A DNA stretch of 47,198 bases from Polymyxa betae A26-41 (GCA_003693705.1 RBZT01000352.1:1-47198), one strand, 5' to 3'. Positions 12,644-25,705 are shown, counted from the first letter of the stretch. Program-made: numbers and translations. Notes: a model not told the origin generated them from the letters alone.

Positions 12644-13248
12644 TCACAGAAGCATGATGCTAGTAATTCTAGCCGCTTCTGATGAAAACACGTATCCTTC
12701 GTCGTCGGCTGTATGATTCGCCCTCTTCCAGGCTTGAATCACTGCTGGATATGTCTTCTCCAGGCACGACGACAGCCCGATTTGTCACTGACTGATAGTC
12801 TTCGCCCTGATGACAGTCTTCGCCTCTAGAGAGCGCTTGTTGCACAGCTTGGGCCAGATTTTTTGTGAATGCCTGCCCCTACAAATTCTTAAAAATTGTT
12901 TTTCGTCATTACTCGTATACGAACAGCTTTCGTTTGGAACAGCTGCTGAAGCGAAGTATCAAGCGAATCTGGGCTGAACTCGCTTTTAACATTCTCAATC
13001 ATCCGGATCCTTGTTTTTAGCTCTTCAAGTTCATCTTCTAAATGTCGTACATCGGGAGATTCGCTACGCTGAGTTTGTAGCATTGCTGTCTCACGTTCAA
13101 ACGCGATTACTACAGTCCAAATCAGATCATCCCAATGGCCAAACCGAAAACCATTACCCTTACCCTCTGAAAACCTCTCAAATTCTACACGCTGACGATC
13201 CAGCTCCCGCCTCAGCTGTTTAATCTCAGATGACAGGCAAATGCCCAT
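12644..13248 (-). CDS. Hypothetical coiled-coil protein with N-terminal MGICLS acylation-type motif
   Basis: ORF 12889-13248 has heptad character (IKQLRRELDRQRVEFE, VRHLEDELEELKTRI). Further exons extend to about 12644; 3' end uncertain. Confidence 0.5.
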
Positions 13249-13600
13249 GGTAGAATTCTATCAAACTGGCAATTGGGATGTGATGTCGATATGAGATTAC
13301 TCATGTTACTGGGGCACCTCTACAGCAACAGCCAGCACCCCCATTCTGTCTTTTGACCCCGTATGGGGGAGGCCTAAGGCGTACCCCTCTCTGGGCTTGC
13401 TGACCCCATCACCTCACCCCAAGGCCCTGGCGATTGCGAGTCCATCACCCCTAGAGCTCTATTCAGCAGTTTGTACTGAAGAAAGGTCTACTCACAACGA
13501 TTTTTTAGTTGCCGGTCTCATTTCTAGCCAATCTTTCCGTTATTGCGAAGAAACTTGTAGGAAAAGGATTCCAAATCATGTATTCTCTAAATCGTTCGCT

Positions 13601-14647
13601 TTATTGTTGAGATATTTCTGGGATTAGTTTATCGATCAGTTTTTGCAAGGGAGCCAGCTCCTTCTTATCCACCAGCTTGAATTCCAGGATGAAATAAATC
13701 ATATGTTTAAAGCACGAATTTAGATGCGCCTCAGCACCGATGTCTTGAATTTTCTCGAAATGACTATAATATATGTGACCATATAGACGAAATAACCGTT
13801 TGAAAATGTTCTTAACAACATGTTGGAAGTTTTTGGGAAACTTGGCATCTGAGGAGAAATCAGAATTCATAGCATTCACGAGAGAAACATTTCGAGCACC
13901 ATCTTCTACTGGAAATATTGCTGGATTCGATATTTGCTCATCGATCCAGTCGAACATTAATTCTATGTACTTTGGAGCGCTCACTTTGATAGGCTTCTTG
14001 ACCCGATTACCATCAGCCCACTGTGCTGTTGTATAAGCGATAGCAGCATGAATTTGCACATGATCTCACCAGATATTCATACTTAGCTCCCGCAGACATA
14101 ATTGGACAGGTTTCCTCGGTGCAAAAATCAGTACAGGTTCCATACACCATGGACGCTGCATTGAAGAAATGTACAGCTATGCGACAGCATAATAAGAGCG
14201 CTTTTCTGTTGGAATGATGCTAACTTACTATTGGCAGCATACCATTCATTAATGTCCTCGCCATCAGGCAACTGTACTGTTGTTTTCATATCACCAACTC
14301 CACCTGAAAAGAAATTGGAAACTGGAATAATTCTTTTGGAATTACAATAACCTAAAGTTGCTTTCATAGAAGCTTTCACTGTGGAATGTAAGGCTGCACG
14401 TTTCGTGCCTTCACGATATGATTTATTTTGCCTGAACGTCTTCCTTCCAGCGCTACGAGATCCATTGAATCACGATGTCGGGCATCGATACGAGGTTACT
14501 AACAAAACATTGAATCGGTCGGTGCCCTGTGATTCGGAAGCTGCATCGGGTCCCTTCCCGTCCCCATTATCTTTGCCTATGCCAAGCATCTGAGCAATAT
14601 TTCGTTATCAATGCCAAAGGCCACGACATACTCTGGACTTTGCCCAT
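13601..14647 (-). CDS. MOB1: MOB kinase activator family (Mob1-like)
   Basis: [94 protein letters not shown]. Start at 14647 or 14589. Confidence 0.93.
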
Positions 14648-15220
14648 ATGAACAAAGCAACAAATAACAAAGATGATAATCAGTAGAAATTCCAAAGAAA
14701 TCAGAAGCTACATTGGGTTGCAGGCCGCTGACAGCAGGCACGGCCCTTTCTTGACAGAATGCGGCGCAACCCGCATCCGCTCTGCTCAGTGCACTTTCAA
14801 CTTGTAGAGAGAGGCATTTTCATTGTGATTGATTGGTGGGAGAGAGAGACCAGGCTGGAGAGAGTCGATTCTCGCATCAACGTGTCTACAAGAGGAAGGA
14901 TTTGGTAGAATTGCTCAGAGGATAACGTGGTAAAAGAGCTGTGCTTCGGGCAGACAATTCCAGTTGTTTTGAAAGACCGTTTCTTGGTGTAATGAATTCA
15001 ACTGTCGTTATCTGGGCTATAAATAGCCTTTTTTGGTTTCGATTTCGGCGAATTACAAAATCACATCGCTAAATATCTGCAGTTTGGCTTTTTGTTTGGT
15101 TCTGAAAATACAGTTTTTGATTACCTTCATCTGGTTACCTGAATCAGGCTATCAATGAAGTGTTTCTTGATTCGAAAAAAGTCTGGCAAATTTGGAAAAC
15201 TGGTGGAGCTTTATTTGCTT

Positions 15221-15739
15221 TCATACATAGGAGGTCTGCTGTGCAGACCGATCAGCCAGTTTACTATCGTCGAGCTCCGCTCTTCTCTTATCAAGCAATT
15301 GCATTACGACAATAAACAATATGATCGAGATCGACGTATACAGCTGCGACATAATCCAGCCTCGATGTACAACACGCTGCAATGCGCCTTCCGTTGCGGT
15401 ATCCGACTCGATCAGGACCCTAGAATACAGGCCCTGGATGATGGCAGCGACACAGGTCGACCAGATAATTGTCCAGGAAACTCGACCGATTCGTGCGAAT
15501 TCGCTGCCCTGTTTTGCAGCCAGGCGGCTGCCATTGAACGCCAATGCTGATACAAGCAGGCTGGGGACCGGACACAGATACCAGAACAGCACCAGACCGA
15601 ATTTCACAGCGGTGCCGTCATGACGCCATTTGCTGAGCGGCGTCTCGCCGTGCATCTCGCTGAGGAACAGCAGGATGACAAACGAGTGCAGAGCCAGTAC
15701 GGCACCCAATGCTAGATGCCATCGAGATCGGCCAGACAT
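15221..15739 (-). CDS. Hypothetical four-TM membrane protein
   Basis: 172-aa ORF with four hydrophobic segments; family not recognised. Confidence 0.6.
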   Translation of the reverse strand: MSGRSRWHLALGAVLALHSFVILLFLSEMHGETPLSKWRHDGTAVKFGLVLFWYLCPVPSLLVSALAFNGSRLAAKQGSEFARIGRVSWTIIWSTCVAAIIQGLYSRVLIESDTATEGALQRVVHRGWIMSQLYTSISIILFIVVMQLLDKRRAELDDSKLADRSAQQTSYV

Positions 15740-15887
15740 ATTGTTAGACCGAAGATTTGGAGAATGGCATTCGTTGTTTCCGGTTCCGATTCGTGACTCA
15801 TTTCTGACGACAATTTGTTGAAAAAGTTTGTTGAATTTTTGTGTAACTATTTGTCCTGTTCGGTACTCTCGTTGATCGTCATGATTG

Positions 15888-18409
15888 ATGAAGACAGCAC
15901 GGTCGGTCGCTGATCTTCAGCAAGAGGTTGATGACCTGAAATCGCAGGCTCTGTCTTTGAAAAGATCTCAGAATCAGTTATTACAAGATGCGAATTGTGC
16001 GAAGATCAGGGAGCGCAAGCTGCTGGACGATTTACGTCGAGCGCAATCGGCAGCGCCGGAAAGACGTGGAAAAGAGCAACGCGAAATCGACGAAATGAAC
16101 GACGCTCTCCAGTCTGAACTCGTCAAATTGCGAAAACGGAATTCGACGTTGCAAGAGCAGTTGCGGAAATTTGCCGACAGCGGTGGCAAGAAGACGCCCC
16201 GATTGAAGAGAAAAACGCCGCGAGCTCAAAGCAATGAGAATGTCGCCCGTCCCGAAGATGTGCAGTTCATGCTGGATAGAATCGGTGAAAAACTGGCGAA
16301 GACCGAGAAGATGGTTGCGAGCCATCATCATGCTGAGAGACCCCCAGAGCCATCACCATCACCGTTGCGATCTAATCAGGAATTAGCTGATTTGAAAGCG
16401 AGGCTGAGGGAAAGCCAGACGAAGGTTTCGTGAATATCGTCGCTGTTGTACGGCTATTCAATTGAGTTTCAGGTTCTGATTCTAGAGAAGCAATACGAGC
16501 AGATTGATGCGGCCATGCAAGCTGGAAGACAGGTGCAGAGATCGACGATCGAACAGGTTGATAGATTTAAGGCGCTGCTCGCCGATGCTAATGCTCGACA
16601 TAAGCATGCTCAGAATCGCGTTAAAGAGCTGGAATTCTTTCAGTAGGTTGATAGATAGAACATCGGGTCGAGCTGAATGTGAAGTTAGGGATAAAGTCGA
16701 GTCGATGAAGTTAGAGATTGAAGACCTTCAAGCCACGAACGTCAATCTGCAGACTCAGGTTGATACGTTGATGCAGTCTGCCTTTTTAGGAGATCAGGCT
16801 GAAGCAAACCGTTTAAGGGCCATCGAAACCGAACATCTGAGTAAACTGAACGACCTCAGGGCGATCCTTCTGCAAAGAGACGCCGACCTTGAGGCTAGCA
16901 CAGAGAAAATTTCTCAGCAGGTTTTGTAATCATTGTTGCTCAATTGCCTGATCTGATTTCTGCCAAAGACTGAAAAGATAAAGAGCTTGGAGCAAGACTT
17001 GAAAGAATCTGCAGAAGAACGAGATCGGTTAGCTCGCGAATCGATTAAGGCGCAGGCGAAAGTACGCGACTTACAAGATCATGTCGATGTGTTCACTACC
17101 GAATCGGGCGTCAACCTTGACGATCTCGATCGCGCTCTTGATATGGTTCGTCGCCAGGGCAAAAAGAACGCGAACGGCTCGTCGGGACCGCCGACCATTG
17201 CCTCATTACAAAGGCAAATTCGCGACCTGGAAATCCTGAATAAGGATTTGGTTACCGAAGTCAAGAACAAGGACGACATGATTTGCATTCAGACTCGTCT
17301 TCATGCCGAACTCGACGCCTCGTATAATCGGTACATTCACACATCGTTGATGATTGTTCGTAATCTCGTTCTCAGATTACAGACCGAGAACAGTCAGCTA
17401 AAGAAAGCGCTGCTGATCGAGCAGAAGCAGGCTGCAATGCGACCCCGGGCTGAAAGCGTTCTGAGCGACCTGTCGCTTCTCTCGCAGCTTTCAGCAGTCT
17501 CGTTTAGCGGTTCAAAGAACATCATTGCTGTCCGTGTTGTTGGTGCTACTCTCTCCCGTACTGGCCCTGTGTTCGCAGATGGCACCGATCCTCTCACGTT
17601 TGTCACCATCGACTTCTTCGATTTCGAGACTTGCTACAGTGGCGTTTTTGGCGGGTTTGATCCTCAGTACAAGCTCACAGCCCAGTTTACGACAGAAACC
17701 GACGAATATCTGATCCGTTATTTACAGAAGGATTTCATGAGCGTATGTTGCTTGGCAATATTTCATTCTATTAGGGTTGAATCACCAGTAGATTGATCTG
17801 TATCGGCAAGCTTCTCGAGGCGATGTCGATCATATCGCAAGATGCCGGGTTCCTTTGGTAGATCTACTCGGGTTCTCCAGAAGAATACGGCGATCGTTCC
17901 CAGCTATGGACGTTGCTGATCCAACAAAGCAAGTCGCCACATTGCAGATCGCTGCGAAAATGTATCGACCAATTGTGTCGCCGACACCAAGCGTTGCGGA
18001 TAGCGTTCATGATTCGTCGCCGAATGCGCTTTATACCATGCAAATGACGACGACTTTGCTGAAGATTCCATTAGAGGAAAGCTGCTTCAAAGACGTTTCG
18101 CTGCGGGTATGCAACATGTATTACGACCTAGATCAGCAAGCTGAGAGGATATCGAGCCCATCGGCACCGATTCTGGTGTTCTCGTTCGAATTTCAAAGCA
18201 AGCACGATCGCATTCTGCCGCATGAATCAATCGAGATGCAGCTGATGGGCGACGGGTTCACTTGGTCGATGGATCTGAGCCTTTCGGAGATCGCAAGGAG
18301 TCCCAACGGACAGCATGAGACTGAGCTCGTGGTGAAAGGCGACCAAGGCTTGACCATTGGGACCAGTACGATTCAGATCGACTGGTCTCTAATTGAACAG
18401 ACCGTTTAA
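15888..18409 (+). CDS. RPGRIP1L: RPGRIP1/RPGRIP1L (MKS5/NPHP8)-like ciliary transition-zone protein
   Basis: Long N-terminal coiled coil, then a C2 domain (PLTFVTIDFFDFETCYSGVFGGFDPQYKLTAQFTTETDEYLIRYLQ) typical of RPGRIP1 C2-N, then a second C2-like region. Confidence 0.8.
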
Positions 18410-19594
18410 TAAAGGATCCTGTCTAGAAAGACGCCAAGGGCCACAATACCACCCAAATATGCATTCGAGAGAAAGGTCGTGAAGCAGGATTGGCGATCGT
18501 TGAGGTCGACATTGCGGATCTGCAGAGCCATATGTAGGGCAGCCCCAGCTACGCTCGTGTAGAATACAGAATGCAGATCAGCTGCATATCCAGAGGCTGC
18601 CAGGAGCGCAATCGACGAAGCTGCAAATGCTGACAGGTACTTTTTGGGATGTTGCTCGCCGAATAGCAGCGCCGTGCTGCGAATCCCGATTCGTTGGTCA
18701 TCGACCTTATCTTGGTGAGCGTAAATCGTGTCGTACACTAAAACAAAAAACATTAGATGGGATAGTACGGTGCGATAAGCGATTACTGATGGTCCACGAT
18801 ATGCCGGATGCATAAAGCGGGAGAACAACGGACCAGTCGCAGACGCCCTGGACCGTAGACCAGCCCAGAATTGCCCCGAAATTGAAAGCAAACCCGAGAA
18901 CGAGCTGTGGCCAATCCATATACCTCTTCATTACTTAGAGAATCAGAGAACAGATATGATGCTGGAGAACAATTTGGGGCTTACACGGATAGGCACAGAC
19001 GATTAGGACCGAAGATGAGCCCAGTGAGATCGAATACGGATCGAAGGTCAACAGAATGCCAAGCGATGATGACAATAGAGCGGCCAGCACGACGGTCGCT
19101 TGATCCATTGTCATTGTTCCAGCTGCTAATGGCCGCTGTTTAGTTCGCTCGACTTTAGCGTCAAGTCGATGGTCGAGCATATCGTTCATAATGCCTATTT
19201 GAAGCATTCACAAAATATTTCGCTCATTAGAAGACAAGGTACATCCAGCACTTCGCATCAGAAGAGCACCGGTTGCGAATTTCGCCAGGAGCATTAAAGA
19301 TGGCACCGAGCCAGGCGCACACGCCATTCCAGCTGACCAGAAACAAGGCCACATTAACAGCATCGATGGCAGCGGTGACCGAATTCGTGTAATCATCACA
19401 GCTGATTTCCAGGTCGGCAGCAGCGAGGGGAATCTGGCAGGCGCAGGCCGATTCGGTGCGACCTGCTGAGTAATGCGACGTCCACGCTCATCGGCCACGT
19501 TGGATGTGGACAGGACTCGGCGTCGAAACCCATGCAGGATAATTCGAGACTTAGACCAAAGATGAACTGGAGGAATGAGCCCCAATCGAATCAT
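18406..19594 (-). CDS. COQ2: 4-hydroxybenzoate polyprenyltransferase (UbiA family)
   Basis: [85 protein letters not shown]; mitochondrial-type presequence. Confidence 0.95.
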
Positions 19595-19726
19595 CCCTTT
19601 GAGGCGGAAACCGTCAATTTCGGTTTACTGCGTACCAAGCAACATTTTTCTCTCACAGAATCTCGCAAATTTGTTTTGGCGCCACTGGAATGCAGTCACG
19701 CACATTTCCGCACCTGTCATGAAAAG

Positions 19727-19963
19727 AGAGGGTCTCAACGGTTAAAATCCAAATTGATCAAACCGGTTTGACAACATTCCAAACGCAGATTCAAACCGGG
19801 TTTATGAAGAACCGGTTTGATTCATGAACGTTCGTGTAAAATTCAGAGAATCGAATGATATATTTCATGTTACCAGCAAGCCCAAAATACCGGTTCGAAC
19901 CACTTTGCTGAAAAAATCTCCAAACTGATTCAACCGGTTCGGTTGAAACCGTTGTCACCTCTA
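19727..19963. mobile_element. Decayed hAT-like MITE
   Basis: Imperfect terminal inverted repeats (agagggtctcaacggtt vs reverse-complement tagaggtgacaacggtt) and repeated (A)ACCGGTT motifs. No target-site duplication recognisable. Confidence 0.5.
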
Positions 19964-20062
19964 AGGCTCTAACGACAGCCCAAAACGGAGCTGGAGACAG
20001 AAGGCGCATGTCTACGATAGGTTTCTGCTCTAAACAATAGAAATTATGTACATTGAGTGCAA

Positions 20063-21794
20063 TTAGAAGCTAAAGTGCTGGCCGCCGCCACCAAACTGGC
20101 TAAAGCCATGTGATCCGCCGCCAAACTGGCTAAATCCTGGTCCCTGCGATTGGAAGAACATCTGGAATACATCGTTCATATCCATATGATGGCCATGACC
20201 ATGATGACCATGCATGCCATCCATCTCTAGATCGGCACCGCTATCATATCTTCGACGCTTCTGCGAATCCGACAGGACCTCGTACGCTTCACAGATATCT
20301 TTGAATTTGGCTTCGACAGCGGCTTTCTCTGCGTCGCTGCAGCCATGGTTCTTATCCGGATGGTATTGCAGCGCCAGCCTTCGATAGGCTTTCTTGATAT
20401 CCGATTCATCGGCGCTCTTCGGGACGCCCAAAGTCTTGTAATGGTCTTTTCGCTTCGACTTCGCCAACTCCAACTGAGCCTGCCTTAACTGTTCCAGGAC
20501 GTTACGGTCGCCGCCCGACAGCTTCTTCGCATTCTCCAGATCGCGAACAGCTTCCTCGTATTGTTCTGTTTCCAGATACGCAGTCGCTCGCCTGCATAAC
20601 GCTTTCACATTGTCACTGTCAATATCGAGACACGCGTTGCAGTCCGATATCGCCTCTTGGAACATCTTCTGCTTGATGGCGACAGCGGCTCGATTACAAT
20701 ACAGAACCGCATTGAACTGGGCGTTAGCTGGGTCGATCGCCAACGCCTCTGTGTAACGGTCGTGCGCTTCCTGAAGCCGCCCAGCTTTAAACGCATCATT
20801 GCCGAGCTCTTTCGCTTTCGTTAGGCGCTTGATGGTTTTGAACAACGCCACACATTCTTTGTTATCTGGATCCTGACGCAGAGCGTCCTGCAATCTGGCC
20901 GTTGCCTGATCAAATCGACCTACGAACTATGAATAGAGAATCGCAACCAATTGAACGCGATCATGAAAAAAGTAGCAGAATAGTTGTCAGAAAAAATAAA
21001 AAAAATCAATGCAGCATACCGAGGCGATAGAAGGCAGTTGCTCGTAATCGTTGCAGCTGCATATTAGATGGGTTCTGTTTTAAGAACGTGCTGCATAACG
21101 AGATCACATCGTCATGTTTGTTACGAGCAAGGAACGCCTCCACTAATAAGACCTGAACCTTCACATGTCCCGGCATCTCTTTGCTCAGGGTTTGTAGCCT
21201 CGGCAGCTCGGATGCCGCCTTCCCGGATGCCACCGCAGCCGAGCAGCTCTCCAAACTCTTCTTCAACTTGCTCGCTCGAACAACCTAGCTCAAAGTTAGC
21301 CTACGAGGGCGGCGAGCGCGACGCCACCGCCCTACCTCGCTCTGAACATCAAAGCTACTGGACACGCGGCAATCTGCAGATCGAACCAGGGGCTCGACCT
21401 GGTCGAGCTGGCCCATGGCGATATAGGATTTGATGGCGCGGATGTAGGCCTTGATGAAATATGGATCGAGAGCAATAGCAGCCAAACTATCGGTTAGAGC
21501 CGCTGTGTAATCTTCGAGCATGAGATAAGCGGCGCCTCGGTTCCCGAGATACGACACCTCGGCTGGACACAGCTCGATGGCTCGCGTGTATTGGCGAATG
21601 GCATCACGATATTTGCCGGCTTTGTACAGGACATTGCCTTCGTCTTTGCATTCGCTGGCCAGCCGAGCATTCTCCCTGTAGACAAGGTCAGGCAAGCGCC
21701 GATACTCGACAGCAACGTACAGCGACGATTCGCCAGGCGTCGGCGCCGCTTTGACGTCGGGTACAGAGACGCAGACTTCACCTTCGACGTCCAT
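20063..21794 (-). CDS. DNAJC7: TPR-containing J-domain co-chaperone (DnaJC7/Tpr2)
   Basis: TPRs ([25 protein letters not shown]; [17 protein letters not shown]), then [25 protein letters not shown]-domain and a G/F-rich tail. Confidence 0.95.
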
Positions 21795-22496
21795 AATCGG
21801 GTTTGGGCCGGCCGATCCAATGATTAATTCGGACTCTGCGAATGGATTGGTCTAAGACCCGCCGGTAGACTGGATATAGAGGCAGAGACTGCGCGCAGCT
21901 ACTTGCCACGCTCGCCTCTATGTTGGCTCAGCCAAGAGCTCAGCTGGGAGTCCATCTGCCTGCCTGCCTGCGCTTGCAGCTAAACAAGCCGTGATAGTTT
22001 CGATGAAGGCATGTTGGAGACCATTGAAATGCTCGATCTGAGTGCTACGATTTCTTCATGGCAACTGACATTACACGTAATGGTCGTTGTTTTTCGTTTG
22101 AATCGATTATGCAAACAACAACAAATCAAGCAGATGAAATGAAATTTCAACGTTCTTCTGGCTCGGCAAAAATACAGTGTCACATTCATAGAGTTGGCAT
22201 TTATCAAAAACAGATTACGAATAGCCATCATTCAGGTATGTATATAACAGCCAGCATCGCACGTATTAGCCAGAAAGCAAAGATTGTAGAAGCCAATTCT
22301 AGACTGGACCATCTAGAAGCCACGACTATTAGAGAAGGCTCAGAAAAGCCACAAAGTAATGTTGCAGTACTCGTTATTACCGTATATAGAAGCAATTGGC
22401 CAAGGCACGCTACATATTAAGTGCGACCCTTTTGTACATCCAGGGTTGTCTTCACTCTGCCTAATCGCCTGCCTTCGTTCGAATCCTCCTTCAACC

Positions 22497-24522
22497 ATGA
22501 CGTCGATCACCAGAATGGAGGTCAACACGCTCGGCGTCGATGACATCAGTGCCGACCTTGGGCGCCTGTCGCCCAGGCTTGGGACCGAGTTCACACCCAT
22601 GTCGTCGCCGAAGCTATCGCCGATGGGGAGCGATCCGCGATCGGATCCTTTCCATCTTCGTCGCGAATCGCGATCGCTATCGGATTCACGCCCGTTCCCG
22701 GCACAGACCAAGATTATCTGCACGATCGGGCCCGCCACCAATACCATCCCGATGTTGACTAGCTTGATCGAAGAAGGAATGAACTGTGCCAGGTGTGAAT
22801 AGTACTATAAGGAATTGTTTGTTTGATAATTGCAACCAGATTGAACTTCTCGCATGGTACTCATGAATATCACGCTTCTGTGATTGCCAACGTCCGCAAA
22901 AGTGTATTGCCTACCAAGCGGTTGTGTTCAATAATGCTTGACACCAAAGGTTCCAAAACTTTTCGATGAAAGCTTTCACAAATAACCGTCTGCTGCAGGC
23001 CCTGAGATCCGAACTGGTAAAATGAAAGGCGGAGTCGAAGTCCAGCTTAAGCAAGGCCAACAGTTCCAATTAGTATGCGGAGATGAAATTGAAGGCATAA
23101 ACTCGTTGTCTATCGCCTGAAACAACTCCGCTTATTTGCTCAAATAGGCGATAATTCCAAGTGCTTCATTCAGTATCCGAACCTTCCGAAGGTCCTTAAA
23201 CCAGACAATCGGGTTCTGATAGATGATGGTCTGATCGAATTGACCGTCACTTCGGTTGATGGGTCGGTTGTGAACTGCACCGTTATCAATGATGGAAAGT
23301 TAGGCACTACAAAGGTTTGATTAATGATGTCAATCGTCTTTTCCTGCTGAGTATCTTCAGGGAGTGAATCTTCCAGGTGTGATTGTTGACCTTCCTGCGG
23401 TCACGCCAAAGGATGTCGCTGATATCGAATTCGGTATCCAGCAAGGTGTCGATTTCATTGCCGCATCGTTCGTAAGGAATGCAACATGTGTCGATACGAT
23501 TCGCAAGATCCTTGGTAGCGCTGGAAGTGGCATCAAAATTATTTCCAAGATTGAGAACCAAGAAGGTGACGGAATGTTTTGCAAATTTGGGCGTTGTTTC
23601 ACATGCTGTTTAGGCCTGGATAACTTCGATGAGATTTTAGCTGCCAGTGATGGTATCATGGTTGCTCGAGGAGACTTAGGTGTCGAGATTCCCATCGAAC
23701 AGGTTTCTCTTGCTCAAAAAATGATGATTCGTAAATGCAATCTTGCAGGAAAATTCGTCAGTACGTTCACAGCGAATGTGTTTCGATCTATAGTTTCTAA
23801 TTGTATTGTTCAGTCACTGCCACTCAAATGTTGGACTCGATGATCACCAACCCATCGCCAACGCGAGCCGAGGCCAGCGATGTCGCCAATGCTGTTTTTG
23901 ATGGTACCGATTGTGTGATGTTATCTGGAGAAACAGCCAAGGGCCATGTAAGACTTATCGAATGTTGTCCATTGCTCCAATCTAAAATGTCATTTAGTAC
24001 CCAATCCTTGCCGTCAGGGTAGTTGTCTGATTTGTTTCAAGAAATCTTGTTAATTTCTTGTTCGTGCAGATGATGGGTATGATTGTAAGAGAGGCGGAAG
24101 AAAACGTCGATCACGTTGAAACATTCAACGCAATCCGAAGTTCGGTCCCGAAACCTATTACGATTCCTGAAGCTATTTCGTCTTCTGCTGTGAAGACAGC
24201 ATTAGATCTGAAAGCTTCGTTGCTAATTGTGCTGACTGATTCGGGCACCACGGGGAGGTTTGTTGCCAAATACCGCCCGAATGTCCCAGTTTTATGCATC
24301 ACATCGAGTGAGCAAACGGCGCGACAAGCGTTGCTTTCACGAGGTTTGATGCCGCTGCTTGTTGGGTCCATGACAGGCAGCGAATCGTTGATTACAAGAG
24401 TAATGAATATCGCCAAGAAATTGGGAATGTGCGGCAAGGGCGACATTGTGGTTGCAACGGTGGGATCTCTGGAAGGCAAGCCCGGCACCACATCGCAATT
24501 AAAGGTTTTAACTGTTCTCTGA
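22497..24522 (+). CDS. PYK: Pyruvate kinase
   Basis: [81 protein letters not shown]. Includes a GC-AG intron and a 21-nt exon. Confidence 0.97.
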
Positions 24523-24642
24523 TGCGATTTCAAATATTCTATCCAGCAGTTTCAGTAAATGATTATCAGTTAGATTTTTGTAAGGTTTGCTGAACGTTAT
24601 CGGAATTCTGGTCTTTAATAACAAATCGACAATAACGGTGTC

Positions 24643-25484
24643 TCAACCGATAACGACTTTGCTATCTCCTACAAAGGTATACGTAGGAACTTCTAAGTTC
24701 AGTGGAGCTGGCCCTTTTCGAATTCGCCCCGAGATATCATAGTGAGAACCTTCAAACAAGTCAGCTGAAACACTGAATATTCAGAGACGTTGTTCTCACC
24801 GTGGCATGGGCAGAACCAAGCTTTATAATCGCCAGCATCAGAAATGGGGACACAGCCCAAATGGGTGCAAACACCAATAACAATTAGCCTATGATCTCTT
24901 TTACACAGCAATGAAGCAAGGACAACAGAAATACCATTCTGGTCGTTGCGTTCGTTCGGCGTCCTTTTCGGGATCTCGAAGAGCAGCAGAATCATCAGCT
25001 TGGGCGCGGCTAATGTCGCCTGCAGTTCTGTGCCGAATGAATACGGGTTTACCACGCCATTTGACCAAAGTCGTGGTTCCCTGAACACATCAGCGAAATT
25101 CTAACCAATGATTCCCGATATTCCACCTCTGGAATGGAATCAAGATTGACTTCAATCGATGCCAAAGCCAAAACATCAGCACTTGCACTCATACTGGCAA
25201 TGAATTTCATCACAGTGACGCGGCCTAAACTGGCGAACAGAAATCTGAAAACCGCCATAGCTCAGTTATCAATGAACCAAAGTGAACAGTAATTCGAACC
25301 TGGCTCCACCGAGCGCCATGTAATTCATGGTGCGATTTGAAAGTGGCGCGCCCGATTCAAGCGCATCTTTCTTGGCCATCTCGAAGTTGGTATCACTGGA
25401 GCCATATGGGCGCATGGCAGACATGAAGCGGAGGCTGATCGCTTGCGGCCGGACGATACGGTGCAGGCATTTCGACAGAACCAT
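24643..25484 (-). CDS. RIP1: Cytochrome bc1 Rieske iron-sulfur subunit
   Basis: [52 protein letters not shown]. Confidence 0.97.
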
Positions 25485-25705
25485 GGCTTCGACGACGAAG
25501 GATCCAGAATGGCGCCCTCTATCAATGGAATCGGGTGGAAAAAAGACCGCCACTTAAAACAGTGAGATTTATGTCGTCACTCACTTCTCTGTAACCTTTC
25601 CTTGTTTACGCAATAAAGTTTTCCTGTTTGCTAAGTCCCGCAATTTTTGCTTTCAAATTGCATTTTCAGTTTCTGGACGCAACTTTTTGAAATCAGTTTT
25701 CGAAC

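Noticed and set aside
13380-13410. U1 snRNA (gctgacccc)
   Set aside because: No ATACTTACCTG 5' end, loop motifs or Sm site.
22135-22160. Heat-shock element upstream of DNAJC7
   Set aside because: Only two nGAAn units; expected by chance.
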